Part shown: positions 26,014 through 40,213 of the stretch, one piece after another
How the letters are laid out: each line of letters opens with the position of its first letter
Position numbering within the stretch: the first letter of the stretch is position 1
From: Felis catus
Taxonomy: Eukaryota
Length of the DNA: 64,000 bases
Direction of reading: 5' to 3'
NCBI RefSeq assembly: GCF_018350175.1
Contig: NC_058368.1
Span: 124,064,001-124,128,000, forward strand
Notes under the pieces: generated by a model
What the model saw: the letters and a program-made list of their open reading frames with translations, nothing else
Database searches by the model: none
Told to the model about the DNA's origin: nothing
Position numbers and translations under genes: made by a program

Positions 26014-27518
26014 CCTAACTTTGCAACAGCACCTAAGTGATATAAGCATATAGGAAAGAAGGGAGATCGGGAACATTTTAATTTTGAAAAATGTTCTTTT
26101 TGCATGTGGACAGTTCTCTGATAAGCAAGAATATTCCCCTTAGAGGAAGTTAATGAATATTTCCCTTTTTATACACATAGGGAAAATAGTTATTTTGAGA
26201 AATAGGAATATAGTTGTGGATTGTTTTTGAAGGTGTGGGGCAAGGATAGATATGTACCAATGGTAAATCTAGCTTTCAGATGTCCATTTTTAAAAAATAA
26301 AAATTCTGTTTTTGAATAATTTAGATTTATAGGAAGCTTGTGAAGATAGTGCAGAGAGCTCTTACATAACCCTCATCCAGCTATCCCCATTATTAATATC
26401 TTATTATACCATAGTACATTTGCCAAAACTCAGAAACCGATACTGACACATTAGTACTGACTAAATTCCAGACTTTATTTAGATTTCACTAGTTTTTTTT
26501 ATTAATGTTTTCTCTCTGTTCCAGGATTGAATTTAGGGTACCATATTGCATTGCATTGTCACAACTCCCTAGTCTCTTCTGGTCTGTGACAGTTTGTTAG
26601 TCTTTCCTGGTTTCTCAAGGTCTTAACACTCTTGAGTACTTGCCAGTACTCCTGGGTTTTGTAATAAGTACAAGGGAGGTGAAGTGCCCTTGTTATTCTA
26701 TCACAGGTTGTGGCAGCCTTCAGATGAAGAGTTGATATTCTAATTAGAGATCATGAATAAGACCTAAAATCAGCATCCTGTTTGCCAAGATGTGGAAACG
26801 GGAGGATGATAGATGTATAGGCTCTGTGAATCATGGTGGTTCCATTACATAAAGTAAAAGCAGTTGACATGTGCAGGGTCACACCAGATAACTGAGGCTG
26901 GAAATGTAAGTAAAGCAAGCAAGTAAAAGTGAAGCCTAATATTGTTTGTTGATTTGGTTCCTTCTTCTTCCAGTTCTTTCCAGCCTCCTATTTGTGATAA
27001 AACAAATCTCAAATGACCTAAAATACATAGATAGAATGTTATGAGGATATATGAAAAGAGGAGAGAAAACTACTGATAAAATGAGTTCTACTCCCAAGTC
27101 TTAGAATCCTGGATTTTCACAGCAGACCATTTTTTTACATTAGTCAGGGAAATTGTTTATGCTGCAAAAATAAACAAGCTTCAAATCTTAGTATTCAAAA
27201 CAGCAAACTGTGTATGTCCATCAGAGGTAAGTAGGATCCCAGGGTGATGAAGGCTCTACCATCCTAAGACACTGTCATATCAGTGTGGATTTTCAGTGTG
27301 TGCAGGAACAGAGGAAGGAGAGAAAGGACAATTGTACACCAAAACTTAAATGCTCCTCTCAGGTCATTGGCCACAGCAAGTCATGTGGCCATGGCTAATT
27401 TCAAGGGAGCAAGAAAATAAAATCTTACCATAAGTCCAAGAAGGGGAGATATTGATGAACACTGAAGATACTAGTGAACTTATATTTTATTCATCACAAA
27501 TCTCTTCTCTAATACTAG

Positions 27519-28142
27519 AGTAGGGGATCAGAATACTCCATTCCAAAATATGCCATTGGGATTATTTTGATGTGGAGGTAGATGAGAATCAACAAATGCA
27601 GTAATGAAGCCTACTCCATTAGTTTCCCACATGTATTTACCTTCCTGCAGTTTGCTACCCTTGAAAACCTAAATTCCTTTTCCTTTGTCTGGTCTCTTCA
27701 CAAATTTATTGTATTTTTAAGATACTATGTGAGCTCAAGATTTAACCACCTTTTTGAGTTATTCTTCACTGAGGTTTATCCTGCATCATGTGTACTGCAT
27801 ATGTTAATAACTGTTTTCTCTTTCTTTTTTTTTTTTAACGTTTATTTATTTTTGAGACAGAGAGAGACAGAGAATGAACGGGGGAGGGTCAGAGAGAGAG
27901 GGAGACACAGAATCTGAAACAGGCTCCAGGCTCTGAGCGGTCAGCACAGAGCCCGACGCGGGGCTCGAACTCACGGACCGTGAGATCATGACCTGAGCCG
28001 AAGTCAGACGCTTAACCGACCAAGCCATCCAGGAGCCCCAACTGTTTTCTCTTTTAATCTGTCTTTTGTTAGTCTCATTTTATAAGAACCCAGCTGCAGA
28101 ACATAGGAGGGTAGGAGGAACAGGATTTTTTCTTCTCATATA
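27519..28142 (+). mobile_element. ERV1 solo LTR, MER34-like, interrupted by a SINE
   Basis: Starts gtaggggatcagaata...ccaaaatatgcca...ggattattttga and ends ttaatctgtcttttgttagt...agggtagga...ttttcttctc. Confidence 0.65.
27824..28039 (-). mobile_element. Young SINEC_Fc-like
   Basis: CpG-rich; TSD aactgttttctcttt at 27809-27823 and 28040-28054. Confidence 0.95.
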
Positions 28143-29539
28143 CCAATATTTATATAAGAATATTGCTTTCTTGCCATATTTCAAGCAGTAAGGACAAGAC
28201 AAATGTAGCTCCTTTAAAAAGCTCACATGGAATGGAAAATCATTTTTAAAACCACTTTCTACTTTCCTGATACCTGGGGAACCAAATGGTTCTGGTGATG
28301 GGAACAAGCTGTTTGACTCCCCTTTTGACCCATGCCTTTTATATATATTAATTAAAGCTTCTGAAGGAATGAAGGAGAGGTATTCAAAGATGACCAGGAA
28401 AGTAAAGATATTGAGTTTTGACATGGTTGGTTTTGAATCATAAGGACTTATTCCTACATGAGATTTTGTGGCTGGCTTTGGATTCAGCCAGTGCAAGGCA
28501 AAGTAAGAATGAGAAGGAAATAAAATAGGACTATAAGAAGCCAAAATGAGACTAGCACAAGACCAAAGAATATCCTGGGGATACAGAGAAAAACTTGTTT
28601 CCTTGTTCTCCAGCAAAGGCTCAACTTTGAAATCCTGCTAAAAGTGAGTGTAATGGGTGTAAGTGAAATGGAGGGTGAAGGGCAAGCTAATATTTAATGA
28701 ATATTTCAAGCAAACTTGTCCAAAGAATTGAAGACCGACCCACATGTATACACAAATGCACACATGTGTATCCTGCCATCATCTCTGAGTCACGGAGGCA
28801 GAGCGAATTGGTCAGTGTGAAAGTTGTTCCTCTCGGGATATTATGGGATGACCTTTGGTTCACTGCCTCATAGGCTTTTGCTTGTTTCCACTGACAGTTG
28901 TGAATCTGTTTGTATTCTGATTGCTCACCCAAGAAATTCTCCATGGAGGTTTTCAAGCTGCGTGGACTCTTAGAAGAATGTGTTACTGGTCTAGCTTCTA
29001 ATTTCCATTTACCATGAAGCAGTTGGTTCAGGTCTAGTTATGCTGGTCTTTTTAAGCCCTTGGACTTGGAGATCACCATCTTTGTCATGGTTTTCAGCAT
29101 GAAAATAGTAAAGATGGAAAATCTTTTCTAGATTAAGTTTTATGTTAATTCCAATGTAATTAGCATACAGTGTTAAATTAGTTTCAGGTGTACAATATAG
29201 TGATTCAACAATTCCATACATCACCTGGTATTCATCAAAACAAATGAACTCCTTAATCCTCTTCACCTATTTCACCCATCCCCCACCTCACCTCCCTTCT
29301 GGTAATCATCAGTTTGTTCTCTAAGGGTCTATTTCTTTGTATCTCTCTCTCTCTCTCTTTTCCCTTTGCTTGTTTGTTTTGTTCTTCAAATTCCACATAT
29401 GAATGAGATCATATTGTATTTGTCTTTCTCTGATTGATTTATTTTGCTTAACATTATACTCTCTAGCTCCATCCATATTGTTGCAAATGGTAAGATTTCA
29501 TTGTTTTTTATGGCTGAATATTATTCCATTATCTATCCT

Positions 29540-29628
29540 ATTATATCTGTATCTGTATATATCTATATATACATATATATCTATATATATAGTGGAATAT
29601 TTATATATATATATTTATATATATATAT
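29540..29628. repeat. (TA)-rich low-complexity tract
   Basis: Direct read. Confidence 0.85.
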
Positions 29629-30376
29629 AATTCATCTTCTTTATTCATTCATCTATCGATGGACATTTGGGCTGCTTTCACATCTTGGCTATTGTAAATA
29701 ATGCTGCTATAAACATAGGGATGTATGTGTCCTTTTCAATTAGTGTTGTTATATTTTTTGGGTAAATACCAAGTAGTATGATTACTGGATTGTAGTATAG
29801 TTCGGTTTTTAACTTTTTGAAGAACCTCCATACTGTTTTCTACACTGGCTGCACCAGTTTGCATTCCCACCAATGGTGTAAGAAAGTTCCATTTTCTCTA
29901 CATCCTCCCCAGCACCTGTTGTTTCTTGTGCTGTTGATTTTTAGCCATTCTGATGTGTGTGATGATGAGTGAAGTTGAGGAACATTTTGTGTGTTGGCTA
30001 GCCATTTAGATGTCTTCTTTGGAGAAATATCTGTTCATGTCTTCTGACCATTTTTTAGTTTAATTATTTGGGTTTTGGTTGTTGAGTTTTATAAGTTCTT
30101 TATATATTTTGGGTACTAACCCTTTATCAGAAATGTCATTTGCAAATATCTTCTCCCATTCAGTGGGTTGTCTTGAGTTTTGTTGATTGTTTTCTTCACT
30201 GGGAAGAAGCTTTTTATTTTGATGCAGTTCCCATAGTTATTTTTGCTTTTATTTCCCTTCAGGAGATATATCTAGAAAAATGTTGCTACAGCTGATGTCA
30301 AAGAAATTATTGCCTGTGCTCTCTTCTAGGATTTTTATGATTTCAAGTGTCACATTTAGGTCTTTAATCCATTTTT

Positions 30377-30594
30377 TAAAAGTTTATTTACTTGTTTTTA
30401 GAGAGAGAGAGAGAGCATGAGTGAGCGAGCACAAGTTGGGGAGATGCAGATAGAAGGAGAGACAGAATTCCAAGCAGGCTCCACACCTTCAGTACAGAGC
30501 CTGATGTGGGGCTCAAATTCACAAACTGTGTGATCATGACCTGAGTTGAGATCAAGAGTCAGATGCTTAAATGATTGTGCCACCCAGGCGCCCC
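30377..30594 (-). mobile_element. SINEC in L1
   Basis: TSD ggtctttaatccatttttt. Confidence 0.9.
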
Positions 30595-30611
30595 GGTCTT
30601 TAATCCATTTT

Positions 30612-30799
30612 TTAAAGTTTATTTATTTATTTTGAAAGAAGGAAAGCACAAGCAGGAGAGGACCAGAAAGAAAAGGAGAGAGAATCCCAAGCAGGCTCCA
30701 CATTATCAGTGCAGAGCCTGACTCAGGGTTCGAACTTATGAATTGTGAGATAAACCTGAGCCAAAATCAAGGTTGGATGCTGAACCACCCAGGTGCCCC
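30612..30799 (-). mobile_element. SINEC in L1, tandem with the previous copy
   Basis: Ends ccacccaggtgcccc. Confidence 0.88.
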
Positions 30800-32219
30800 T
30801 AACCACTTTGAATTTTTTTGTGTGTGTATGGTGTAAGAAGGTGGTCCAGTTTCATTCTTTTGCACGTTGCTGTCCAGTGTTCCCAGCACCATTTATTGAA
30901 GAGGCTGTCTTTTTTCTACTGGATATTCATTTCTGCTTCATCAAGGAATAATTGACCATATAATTGTGGGTTTATTTCTGGGTTTTCTTTTCTGTTTTGT
31001 TAATCTATATGTCTTTTTTTGTGTCAGTACCATACTGTTTTGATTACTGCAACTTTGTAATGTAACTTGTGGTCTGATATTGTGATGCCTCCTGCTTTGC
31101 TTTTCTTTTTCAAGATTGCTTTGGCTGTTTGTTTGTTTGTTTTTGTGGTTCCATATAAATTCTAGGATTATTTGTTCTAGTTCTGTGAAAAAATTTGTTG
31201 GTATTTTGATAGGGATTGCATTAAATGTGTAGATTGCTTTGGGTGCTATAGACATTTTAACAATATTTGTTCTTTGATCCACAAGTATTGAATATCTTTC
31301 TGCTTCTTTGTGTCATCTTCAATTTCTTTCATCATTGTTTTATAGCTTTCAGAGTTCAGGTCTTTCACCCCTTTGGTTAAGTTTATTATTAGGTACTTTA
31401 TTATTTTTTTGAGCACTGGTTAATAGGGTTGCTTTCTTACTCTGTTAATCTGTTGGTTCATTATTTAGTATATAGAAATGTAACAAATTTTATATGTTGA
31501 TTTTGTATCCTAAGTGTTTACTATCAATTCTAGTAGATTTTGGTGGAGTCTTGAGGGTTTTCTGTGTGATGTCATCTGCAAATGTGAAAGTTTTACTTCT
31601 TCCTTACCAATATGGATGCCTTTTATTTCTTTTTGTTGTCTGATTGCTGTGGCTAGGACTTTTGGCACTGTGATGAATAGAAGTGGTTAGAGTGGACATT
31701 CTTATCTTGTTCCTGATGTTAGGGAAAAGCTCTCATTTCTTCCCCTTGAGTATGATGTTAGCTGTGGGTTTTTCATATATGGCTCTTATTAAGTTGAACT
31801 ATGTTCCCTCTAGATCTACTCTGTTGAAGATTTCTATCATTAATGGGTGTTGTATTTTGTCAAATGCTTTTTTGCATCTACTGAAATAATCATATGGTTT
31901 TTATCCTTTCTCTTAATGATCTGATGTATCACATTGATTGATTTACAAATGTTGAACCACCTTTGCAAACCAGGAATCTCACTGTATCATGATGAATGAC
32001 TTTTTAAAAATTTATCATTGGATTCAGTTTACTGGTACTTTGTTGAGGTTTTTTGCATCTATGTTCATCAGAGGTACTGGCCTATATACTTCTCTTTTTT
32101 TTGGTGCAGTCTTGAACTGGTTTTGGTATCTGGGTAATGCTGGCTTCATAGAATGAATTTGGAAGTTTCCTTCCTCTTCTGTTTTTTGGAATAGTTTGAG
32201 AAGAATGGGTGTTAACTAT

Positions 32220-32290
32220 TTTATTTTACTTTATTTTATTTTATTTATTATTTTAGAGAAAGAGAGCATGAGTTGGGGGCAGGAAGGGGG

Positions 32291-32329
<39 letters not shown>

Positions 32330-32476
32330 TGAATGAATGAATGAATGAATATGAATCTCAAGCAGGCTTCCTGACCTTGATGCAAGTCACCATTGTATGA
32401 ACCATGAAATCATGACCTCATGACCTGAGCTGAAATTGAGTGGGATGCTTAACTCCACTGAGTCACCTCAGGCGCC
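32220..32476 (-). mobile_element. SINEC in L1 with (GA)n and (GAAT)n expansion
   Basis: Ends gagtcacctcaggcgcc. Confidence 0.85.
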
Positions 32477-33644
32477 TCTGTTGGGAGTGTTTTGATTACT
32501 GATTCAAGTTCCTTTCTAGTAATGGATCTGTTCAAAGTTTCTATTTCTCCCTGTTTCAGTTTTGGTAGGTTATATATTTCTAGTAATTTATCCATTTCTT
32601 CTAGGTTGTCCAGTTTCTTGGCATATAATTTTTTGTAACATTCTCTTACAGTTGTTTGTATTTCTGTAGTGTTGGTTGTTATTTCTCCTCTTTCATTTTT
32701 GATTTTGTTTATTTGAGTTCTCTCTCTCATGAGTTTTTTTTTTTTTGATGACCTAGAGGCTTATCAATTTTATTGATTTTTTTCAAAGAACCAACTCCTG
32801 CTCATTGATCTGTTCTATTATTTTTTGTAGTTTCTGTAACATTTATTTCTGCTCTAATCTTTATTATTTCCTTCCTTCTGCTGGTTTTAAGTTTTGTTTG
32901 TTGTTTTTTTCTAACTCCTTTACATGTAAGGTTAGGTTGTTTACTTGAGACTTTTCTTGCTTCTTGATATAGGCCTATATTACCATAAATTTTCCTCTTA
33001 GAACCCATTTTGCTGAATCCCAAAGATTTAGACTATTCTGTTTTCATTTTCATTTGTTTCCATCTAAATTTTATTTCTTCTTTGATTTCTTGTTTGATGC
33101 GTTCATTGTTTAGTAGCATATTATCTAACCTCTATGCATTTGTGGTCTTTCCAGATTTTTTCCTGTGGTTGATTTCTAGTTTTATAGTGTTGCAGTCAGA
33201 AAAGATACATGCTATGACTTTGATCTTTTTGAATTTGTCGTGACTTGCCTTGTGACCTAATATGGGATCTAGTCTGCAGAATGTTCCATATGAATTTGAA
33301 AAGAATGTGGATACTGATGTTTTAGGATGGGCGTTCTGAATATATCTGTCAGATTCAGCTGGTCCAATGTGTCATTCAAAGCTGATGTTCCCTTGTTGAT
33401 TTTCTGTGTAGATGATCTCTTTATTGATGTACATGGGACTTTAAAGTCCCTTACTATTACTGTATTACTATTGATTATTTTCTTTATGTTTGTTGTTAAC
33501 TGTTTTATGTATTTGGTTGCTACCATATTGAGTGCATAAACACTTACGACTGTTATATATTCTTATTAGATTGTCCCCTTTGTAATTATATAGTGTCCGT
33601 CTTTGTCCTTTGTTACAGTCTTTGTTTTAAAGTCTATTTTGTCT

Positions 33645-33858
33645 GGGGGTGCCTGGGTGGCTCAGTCGACTGAGCTTCTGACTCCAGCTCAGGTCATGAT
33701 CTCATGGTCTGTGAGTTCGAGCCCCACATCAGGCTCTGTGCTGACAGCTTGGAGCCTGGAGCCTGCTTCAGATTCTGTGTCTCCCTCTCTCTCTGACCCT
33801 CCCCCGTTCATGCTCTGTTTCTCTCTGTCTCAAAAATAAGTAAACATTAAAAAAAAAT
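33645..33858 (+). mobile_element. SINEC in L1
   Basis: TSD aaagtctattttgtctg. Confidence 0.93.
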
Positions 33859-36800
33859 AAAGTCTATTTTGTCTGATATAAGTATTGCTACTCCACCTTT
33901 CTTTTGACACCCATCTGCATGATAAATGTTTCTCTATTCCCTCACTTGCAGTCTGTAGATATCTTCAGGTCTGAAATTAGTCTCTAGTAGGCAGCATATA
34001 GATGGATCTTGTTTTTATTAATCCATTCTGTCACTGTGTGTCTTTTGATTGGAGCATTTAGTCTATTTACATTCAAAGTAATTATTGATCTGTATGTTAT
34101 TTATTGCTATTTTGTTACTTGTTTTGTGGTTGTTTCTATGGTTTTTCTCTGATCCTTTTGTCTCTTGCTCTTTTTTGTGGTTTGCTGGTTTTCTTGGTGA
34201 TATACTTGTATACCTTCCTCTTTATTCTGGGCATATATATTACTGTTTTTTAAATTTGTAGTTATCATAGATTTGTACATAACATCTAATGCATAGAGCA
34301 GTCTGTATTAAGTTGATGGTTGCTTAAGTTTGAACCCATTTTTTACTCCTTTCCCCCATGTTTTAGGTATATGGTATCATATTTTACATCCTTTTATTTT
34401 GTGAATCCTTTGTGAAAAAAACCTTTCATTGATTTTTACAGATGTACTTCTTTTTCACACTCTCATTTATGGTCTTTCCTTTCTACTCACAGAGTCCCCC
34501 TTAATATTTCTTGCAGGGCTGGTTTAGTAGTCATGAACGCCTTGGCTTTTGTGTCTGAAACTGAAACTCTTTATCTCTCCTTATATTCTGAATGATAGTC
34601 TTGCTGGCTAGAGTATTGTTGGCTGCAAATTTTTCCCTTTCAGCACTTTGAATATATAATGCCATGCCCTTCTGGTCTGCAAAGTTTCTGATGAAAAATC
34701 TGCTGATATCCTGATAGGGTTTCCCTTGTATGTAACTGTCTTCTTTTCTCTTGCTGCTTTTAAGATTTTTTTCTTCACCACTAATTTTTACCATTTTAAT
34801 TAGAATGTGTCTTTGTGTAGACCTCCTTGGGTTGATTTTTTGGGGGTCTCTGACTCCTGTATCTGGATATATATTTCCTTCCCCAGGTTAGGAATATTTT
34901 CAGCTATTATTTCTTCAAGTAAGCTTTTGCCCCCTTTTTTCTCTCTTCTTTCTCTGGGATCGCCATAATGTCTGTGTTATCAGATATAATGGAGTCACTG
35001 AGTTCCCTAAGACTATTCTCAATATGTATGATTTTTTTTCCTCTCGTTTGCTCAGCTTGGTTACTTTCCATTACTTTGTCTTCCAGGTCATTAATTTGTT
35101 CCTCTGTTTCATTTAGCCTGCTCTTTATTCCATCAAGTGTATTTTTAATTTATTTATTGTGTCCTTCATCTCTGATTCTTTTTTATCTCTTTGTCAAGTG
35201 TCTCACTGATGTCCTCTACTCTTTTCCCCAGTCCAGTGAATATCTTTATGATCCTTACTTTAAATTTAAATTCTCTGTCAGGCTTATTACTCATGTCTGT
35301 TTTGCTTAGGTCTCTTGCTGTGATTTGGTCCTATTCCTGTGCTTGGGATATATTTCTCTGTCTCCTGATTTTTTTTGTAATTCTCTGTATATGTTTCTCT
35401 GTGTTAGGTAAGTCAACTATGTCTTCTGCTCTTGAAGGTAGTGAACTTAAAAAGAAGAAGTCCTTAAGTATCCTGTAGTGCAGTGTCCCCTGCTTCCCAG
35501 GGCCTGTCACTTCAGATAGTTTCTCTTGTGTGTGTTGTATGTGCTTTGCTGTGTTCTTGTATCTTTTCCCTTTAGTTTAGTTGTCTGTAGTGGCTCTTTT
35601 TGCCTACTGTGGGAAGTACTTGGTCCCTGGCAGGTGTGGCCTGCATTTATTCAAGGTAAATGCTGGTTTACTTGCTAATTGAGACCTGGAGCTTCTGCTG
35701 TTAGTACTGGCTAGCCTAAGTAAATGGACAAATGGTGCATGGGTGGGTCTTGCACTTTTAACAAAGTGCACCTCAGACTTCTGCAGAGTCTGCTGCTACC
35801 AAGACCAAGGCTCTAAAAAGGCACAGGTCAAGAGTTGCAATGTTGGTGAGATTTGCACTGATCATCTGGGAGAGAGGCTCTGCGGTGCTGAGACTGAGGC
35901 AAGCGTGACTGGAAATGCCAGATCCAGTGAAGGATGGGGCCGGGGGTGTTGGCAGTAGCACGTTAGGTAGCAAGTGTGGGCAAAGCTGGTTCCCACATGT
36001 GCCTATGTGTTTATGCTGGGGGGTGGGGATGGGAAATGGTGTCTTCCAGCTCCTTTGTTCCTGGAGGAGTCTTTCTGAGATCCCTATCTCTTCAGAACAT
36101 GCTCTGTAATGAGTAAATCATTCTCCCTCCTCTTTGCCACCCAGTGTTTTTCAAACTTGTGGTTCTACACTGTATCTGCTCAGGCTGCTAGTCAAATTGC
36201 ATCTTCAAGGGTGGGGACTCAGCTTCCTAATGCTAGCAGAGCTCTTCCAGAGCTGAACACCTTATTTTAAGAATTCTAGGCTTTAAGTCCCACTCTTTGC
36301 AAAAACTCATGAAATTAGGCTCCTCTTGTTTTCAAAGCCAAATGATTGTCTTGATTGTCTTTTTCTTGCCTTTCACCATGCTTCCAGCTTGCTCCTGTCT
36401 GATGGCCACAGTCCCTGTAGGTCTCAAATCGCATGTCCACTTTCTTCAATGTGGTCTCTTCTCTACCTTTGGTTGTGGGGTTTGTTCTATAAATCTTTGG
36501 GTCTTTTTCTAGGTGTTTTATCTAGTTTTATCCATGGAAAGAGGTGAGCTTAGGGTACTCCTATGCTGCCATCTTCCCAGCAGCACGAGATAGAAAATCT
36601 TTGATGTCACTGCTGACTAGTGGGTGCTTCAGGGATTGGGTTCACGTGCAGGATTCAGAGGAAGGCAGCTTCTCAAGAAAGAGCTGGAAGCATTGACACA
36701 ATGTGTAGGCACTTAGCTCTCCCTCATTCTTGTTTATCATTCCTAGGGGCTACTTTACCATGTGGGCAATGCTCATTTCATAGAAAAAATATATGAATAT

Positions 36801-38084
36801 ATACACAAATTCAAAAATCCTAAACCTAAACAGAACAGTGAATGTCCTGCATTCTGGAACCCTTTACCACTGCCTTTTTGTTAGAAGGTAATACCTTTGA
36901 CAGAGATACAGAATTAGTTAGGTAATACTAATATAGTAAATACAGTATTAGTTAGGTGTACAGAGAAAATATAATATCCTTATAGTCTATGATCAATCTG
37001 ATCAGTTCTAAAAAGTTCCTTCTCCCCTGGAAAGCCAGGCAGGGTTGAGGAAGGGGTGGGGCTGGGTAGCACTCTTATTTGTTAACATTGGCTGTTCCTT
37101 CTGGTTTACAGTCCTTTAGCTAATCCACTCTCTGGGGTAAATGCCCATGTTTCAGAGTTCCTACCTTTCTCCTGCTCCTCTATAAGATAGTATCTAGGTA
37201 TATGAGCAGGGTTTATATGAATGCAGAGCCGTGGGCAAGAGCTTGTGCATCCATGTAAGCAAACCTTTGTGTTGCCTTCTGGTCTTCTCTGGACTTTCTG
37301 CTTTGGTCTCATGCATTGTCTGCTATTTGCTGCAAGATAGCTGGCTTTGCCTGCACTTTGGGACATCATACTCGCACCTATTCCTGAAGTTCATGTTCTA
37401 TTTGCTTTCCTGTGGTCCTGAAGTCCCCTGTGCACAGAACTTCCACTGAATCCCAGGCCTGGACCAGTGTCACACATCTATACCCACCCTCCACCTGAGG
37501 CACCAGGGATTTCTGGATTCCTGCCTGCTGTACTTGCCTGTATGGAGCTTATCTAAAGAGCTACCCTCAGCCCACACTCTGCCAGTATAGTGTTCTGCAT
37601 TATGCTGGAGTTGATGCTGAGTGGAACATGAGGCTTCTTTTAGACTAAAGCCTTGTGACCTGCACCAGGCTGTGTCTGATGAAGTATGTCACCAGCCCCA
37701 TTGACCTGTTTTACAGACCCATCTGTGTGTTTGTACTGTTCCACCAAGAACACTGACATCTGAGCTCTTTGCTCTACCTTACTTCCATTATCTCCCCACA
37801 TATTCCCCTTCAATATTTTACTTGCCAGAAGTGATGGGCTTTTTCCCATTTCTTGTCTGGTAGAGACTTCCTTTCTAGATGCACTGTAGCTTTACTTTGA
37901 TACACAAAGGTAACCTAAGTTGTCTTCCTTTCTCAAAAATGCCTGCTTCTTAAGACTATGGTTTTGCCAAAGTCTCAAAAGGAAGTTAGTTTGAATCTCA
38001 GAACTGAACATTGCCCTTAGTTGAAAATTGCCTTTAGTTCTTAATTATGGGTGTGTATATGTGCATGCATGAGTGTGTATGATT

Positions 38085-38735
38085 AACCCCTTGGTCTTCT
38101 GGTGAAACCTCTGGACCACTTCTCAAAATAATATTTGTAAGTGTATAAATAATATACATGTGATTACAAAGAAACTCAAATATACTGAAATGATGTTATC
38201 AAAGTATTAAGGAAACAAATTTGTGACAGTAATATGTGTGTTTCTTAAATTTTTTTAATGTTTATTTTTCAGAGAGAGACAGAGCATGAGTGGGGGAGAG
38301 GCAGAGAGAGGGAAACACAGAATCTGAAGCAGGCTTAGGGATCTGAGCTGTCAGCACAGAGTCTGAAGTGGGGCTTGAACTCAGAAACTATGAGATCATA
38401 ACCTGACCTGAAGTTGGACATTTAACTGACTGAGCCACCCAGGTGCCCCTGTCCTTATTTATCAATACATTAAATGGGAAGGCCTAATAATTACTTTAGT
38501 GTAGTAATAGTAACAATAGTATTTGATATTTCAAGATATTTGCAACAACTGAAATATAAATGAAAATACCCTGACTTTTAATGGTGACAAATTCACAAGT
38601 AGGTTGTTGACCACATTCATGGGGGAAGAAAATTATTAATTTCAACAAAAGGTTAGTGAAAAATCAAGATAAAACCTTTTTCCCATTTAAGTTCATGTAC
38701 CCATGGATTCTGTCTCTGGACCTTTTCAGGGTCTA
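38085..38735. mobile_element. MER119-like hAT DNA transposon fossil, interrupted by a SINE
   Basis: tctggtgaaacctctggaccacttctcaaaataat...gattacaaagaaac resembles the recalled consensus. Confidence 0.55.
38250..38449 (-). mobile_element. SINEC
   Basis: Ends gagccacccaggtgcccc. Confidence 0.9.
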
Positions 38736-39285
38736 GATCTGTATTCTAGATGGTATCTTCTTTCTCTATGGAAAGATAGGTGTTATTGGGTGAGAAACTA
38801 CAGGGAGCAGAATTTATAAACTATGGAAATACATGTAAAATATTTCAGAAATTTTCTCTATTAATGTAATCTTCTGATGAAAAACTATTGATACATAAAG
38901 TTGAAGTGTGGCATAGCTGAACATTTTGTGTTTTTTTCTTCTCCACATGTCTTCCATTTCCCAGTTACCCAGACTGGTTCCATCATTTGATGCTTTACTT
39001 AGCACTTCACTAACACTTTATATTTGCCTGGTGTCTTAATACAATTTTTGCTTCTCAAATGTTGCTTTTGAGTAAGAATGTAAAAAGTGCTTTTTGAAAA
39101 GTATAAATCTAGTTCTTTAAGATAAAGGAGTAATTGAAGAGATGGAGTTAGATTCTTTCCTTTGCCTTGATTAGGAGAATCTATATTATGTATCAACTAA
39201 CCAAAACAGTCCAGTTTTTGATCCACCTAGTTTCATGAAATGATTGTGTGTATGTATGTATGCATATATGTGTTTATTTATTTAG

Positions 39286-39403
39286 TTTTGCCAGCTAAAC
39301 CTGAGAACATTTCCTGTGTTTTCTACTATGAAGAGAATTTTACTTGCACCTGGAGTCCAGAGAAAGAAGCCAGTTATACGTGGTACAAAGTAAAGAGAAC
39401 TTA
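39286..39403 (+). CDS. IL31RA: IL31RA coding exon, cytokine-binding domain D1 N-terminal half
   Basis: AG/GT bounded, 118 bp. (V)LPAKPENISCVFYYEENFTCTWSPEKEASYTWYKVKRT(Y), with the conserved C..C-x-W of class I cytokine receptors. Confidence 0.97.
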
Positions 39404-40002
39404 GTAAGTACCGGAGCTTGTGTGCTATCAGTGGGAGTAAAGGTAGGAGGCAGAGGCTCCTGGTTCTCTCATGATTCAAGTCACTTCTGAAGTGAAATGT
39501 TCTCCTCATTATAGCTTCTGGGTGACTCCCATAGCCTCTGATGGCTGGGATGACACCTTGGCTGCTTCCAGCCATACTGACAGGAGCTGCAACTATGGAG
39601 GGAGGGGAGCTATAGCCACATGATGGCCTCTTCTCAGAGGCACTGGATTGGCTCAGAGCACTCACCACTTATAAGCAGAGTGGAAAAATCTGCTTATTTA
39701 CTATATTCAGCTGTGTTCTTCCTCTTTCCAGAATGTGTCCTAAAACTGTTCCTTTTTCATGGATGCAATGTTAATAAGTATGGTTGTAAACCCAGAACTA
39801 AGAGGGAGATTTACACTAATTTGCTATGTGACCTCTGTTAAACAGTATTCCACCAGGACAGTGCTTCCCCAATTTCTTACTACCTCAAGCATCCCTTTTT
39901 ATCCTAATCCTATTAGAATAAAAATTATAAAATTTTTATTATTATTCTAGCCAAAAGCTAGATGTTTTAGCAAGTTTATGCATGGGTTCTTTTTTGAAAA
40001 AA

Positions 40003-40213
40003 TTTTTTCAACGTTTATTTATTTTTTTGGGGACAGAGAGAGACAGAGCATGAACGGGGGAGGGGCAGAGAGAGAGGGAGACACAGAATCGGAAACAGGC
40101 TCCAGGCTCTGAGCCATCAGCCCAGAGCCCGACACGGGGCTCGAACTCACGGACCGCGAGATCGTGACCTGCTGAAGTCGGACGCTTAACCGACTGCGCC
40201 ACCCAGGCGCCCC
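40003..40213 (-). mobile_element. Young SINEC_Fc-like
   Basis: CpG-rich near-consensus copy (ctgcgccacccaggcgcccc); flanking cttttttgaaa duplication. Confidence 0.94.

Larger units (their letters stand above)
29127..36587 (-). mobile_element. Full-length but decayed carnivore L1 (5'UTR, ORF1, ORF2, 3'UTR) with four nested SINEs
   Basis: TSD agat(g/a)gaaaatcttt at 29112-29126 and 36588-36602. ORF2 remnants [23 protein letters not shown] and [12 protein letters not shown]1-like ctgccatctt near the 5' end. Confidence 0.92.

Noticed and set aside
28080..28616. 178-aa minus-strand ORF
   Set aside because: Non-ATG start, no recognisable domain, ends inside an LTR; consistent with chance.
39282..39668. 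128-aa ORF antisense to an IL31RA exon
   Set aside because: Antisense shadow ORF with no homology or independent signals.
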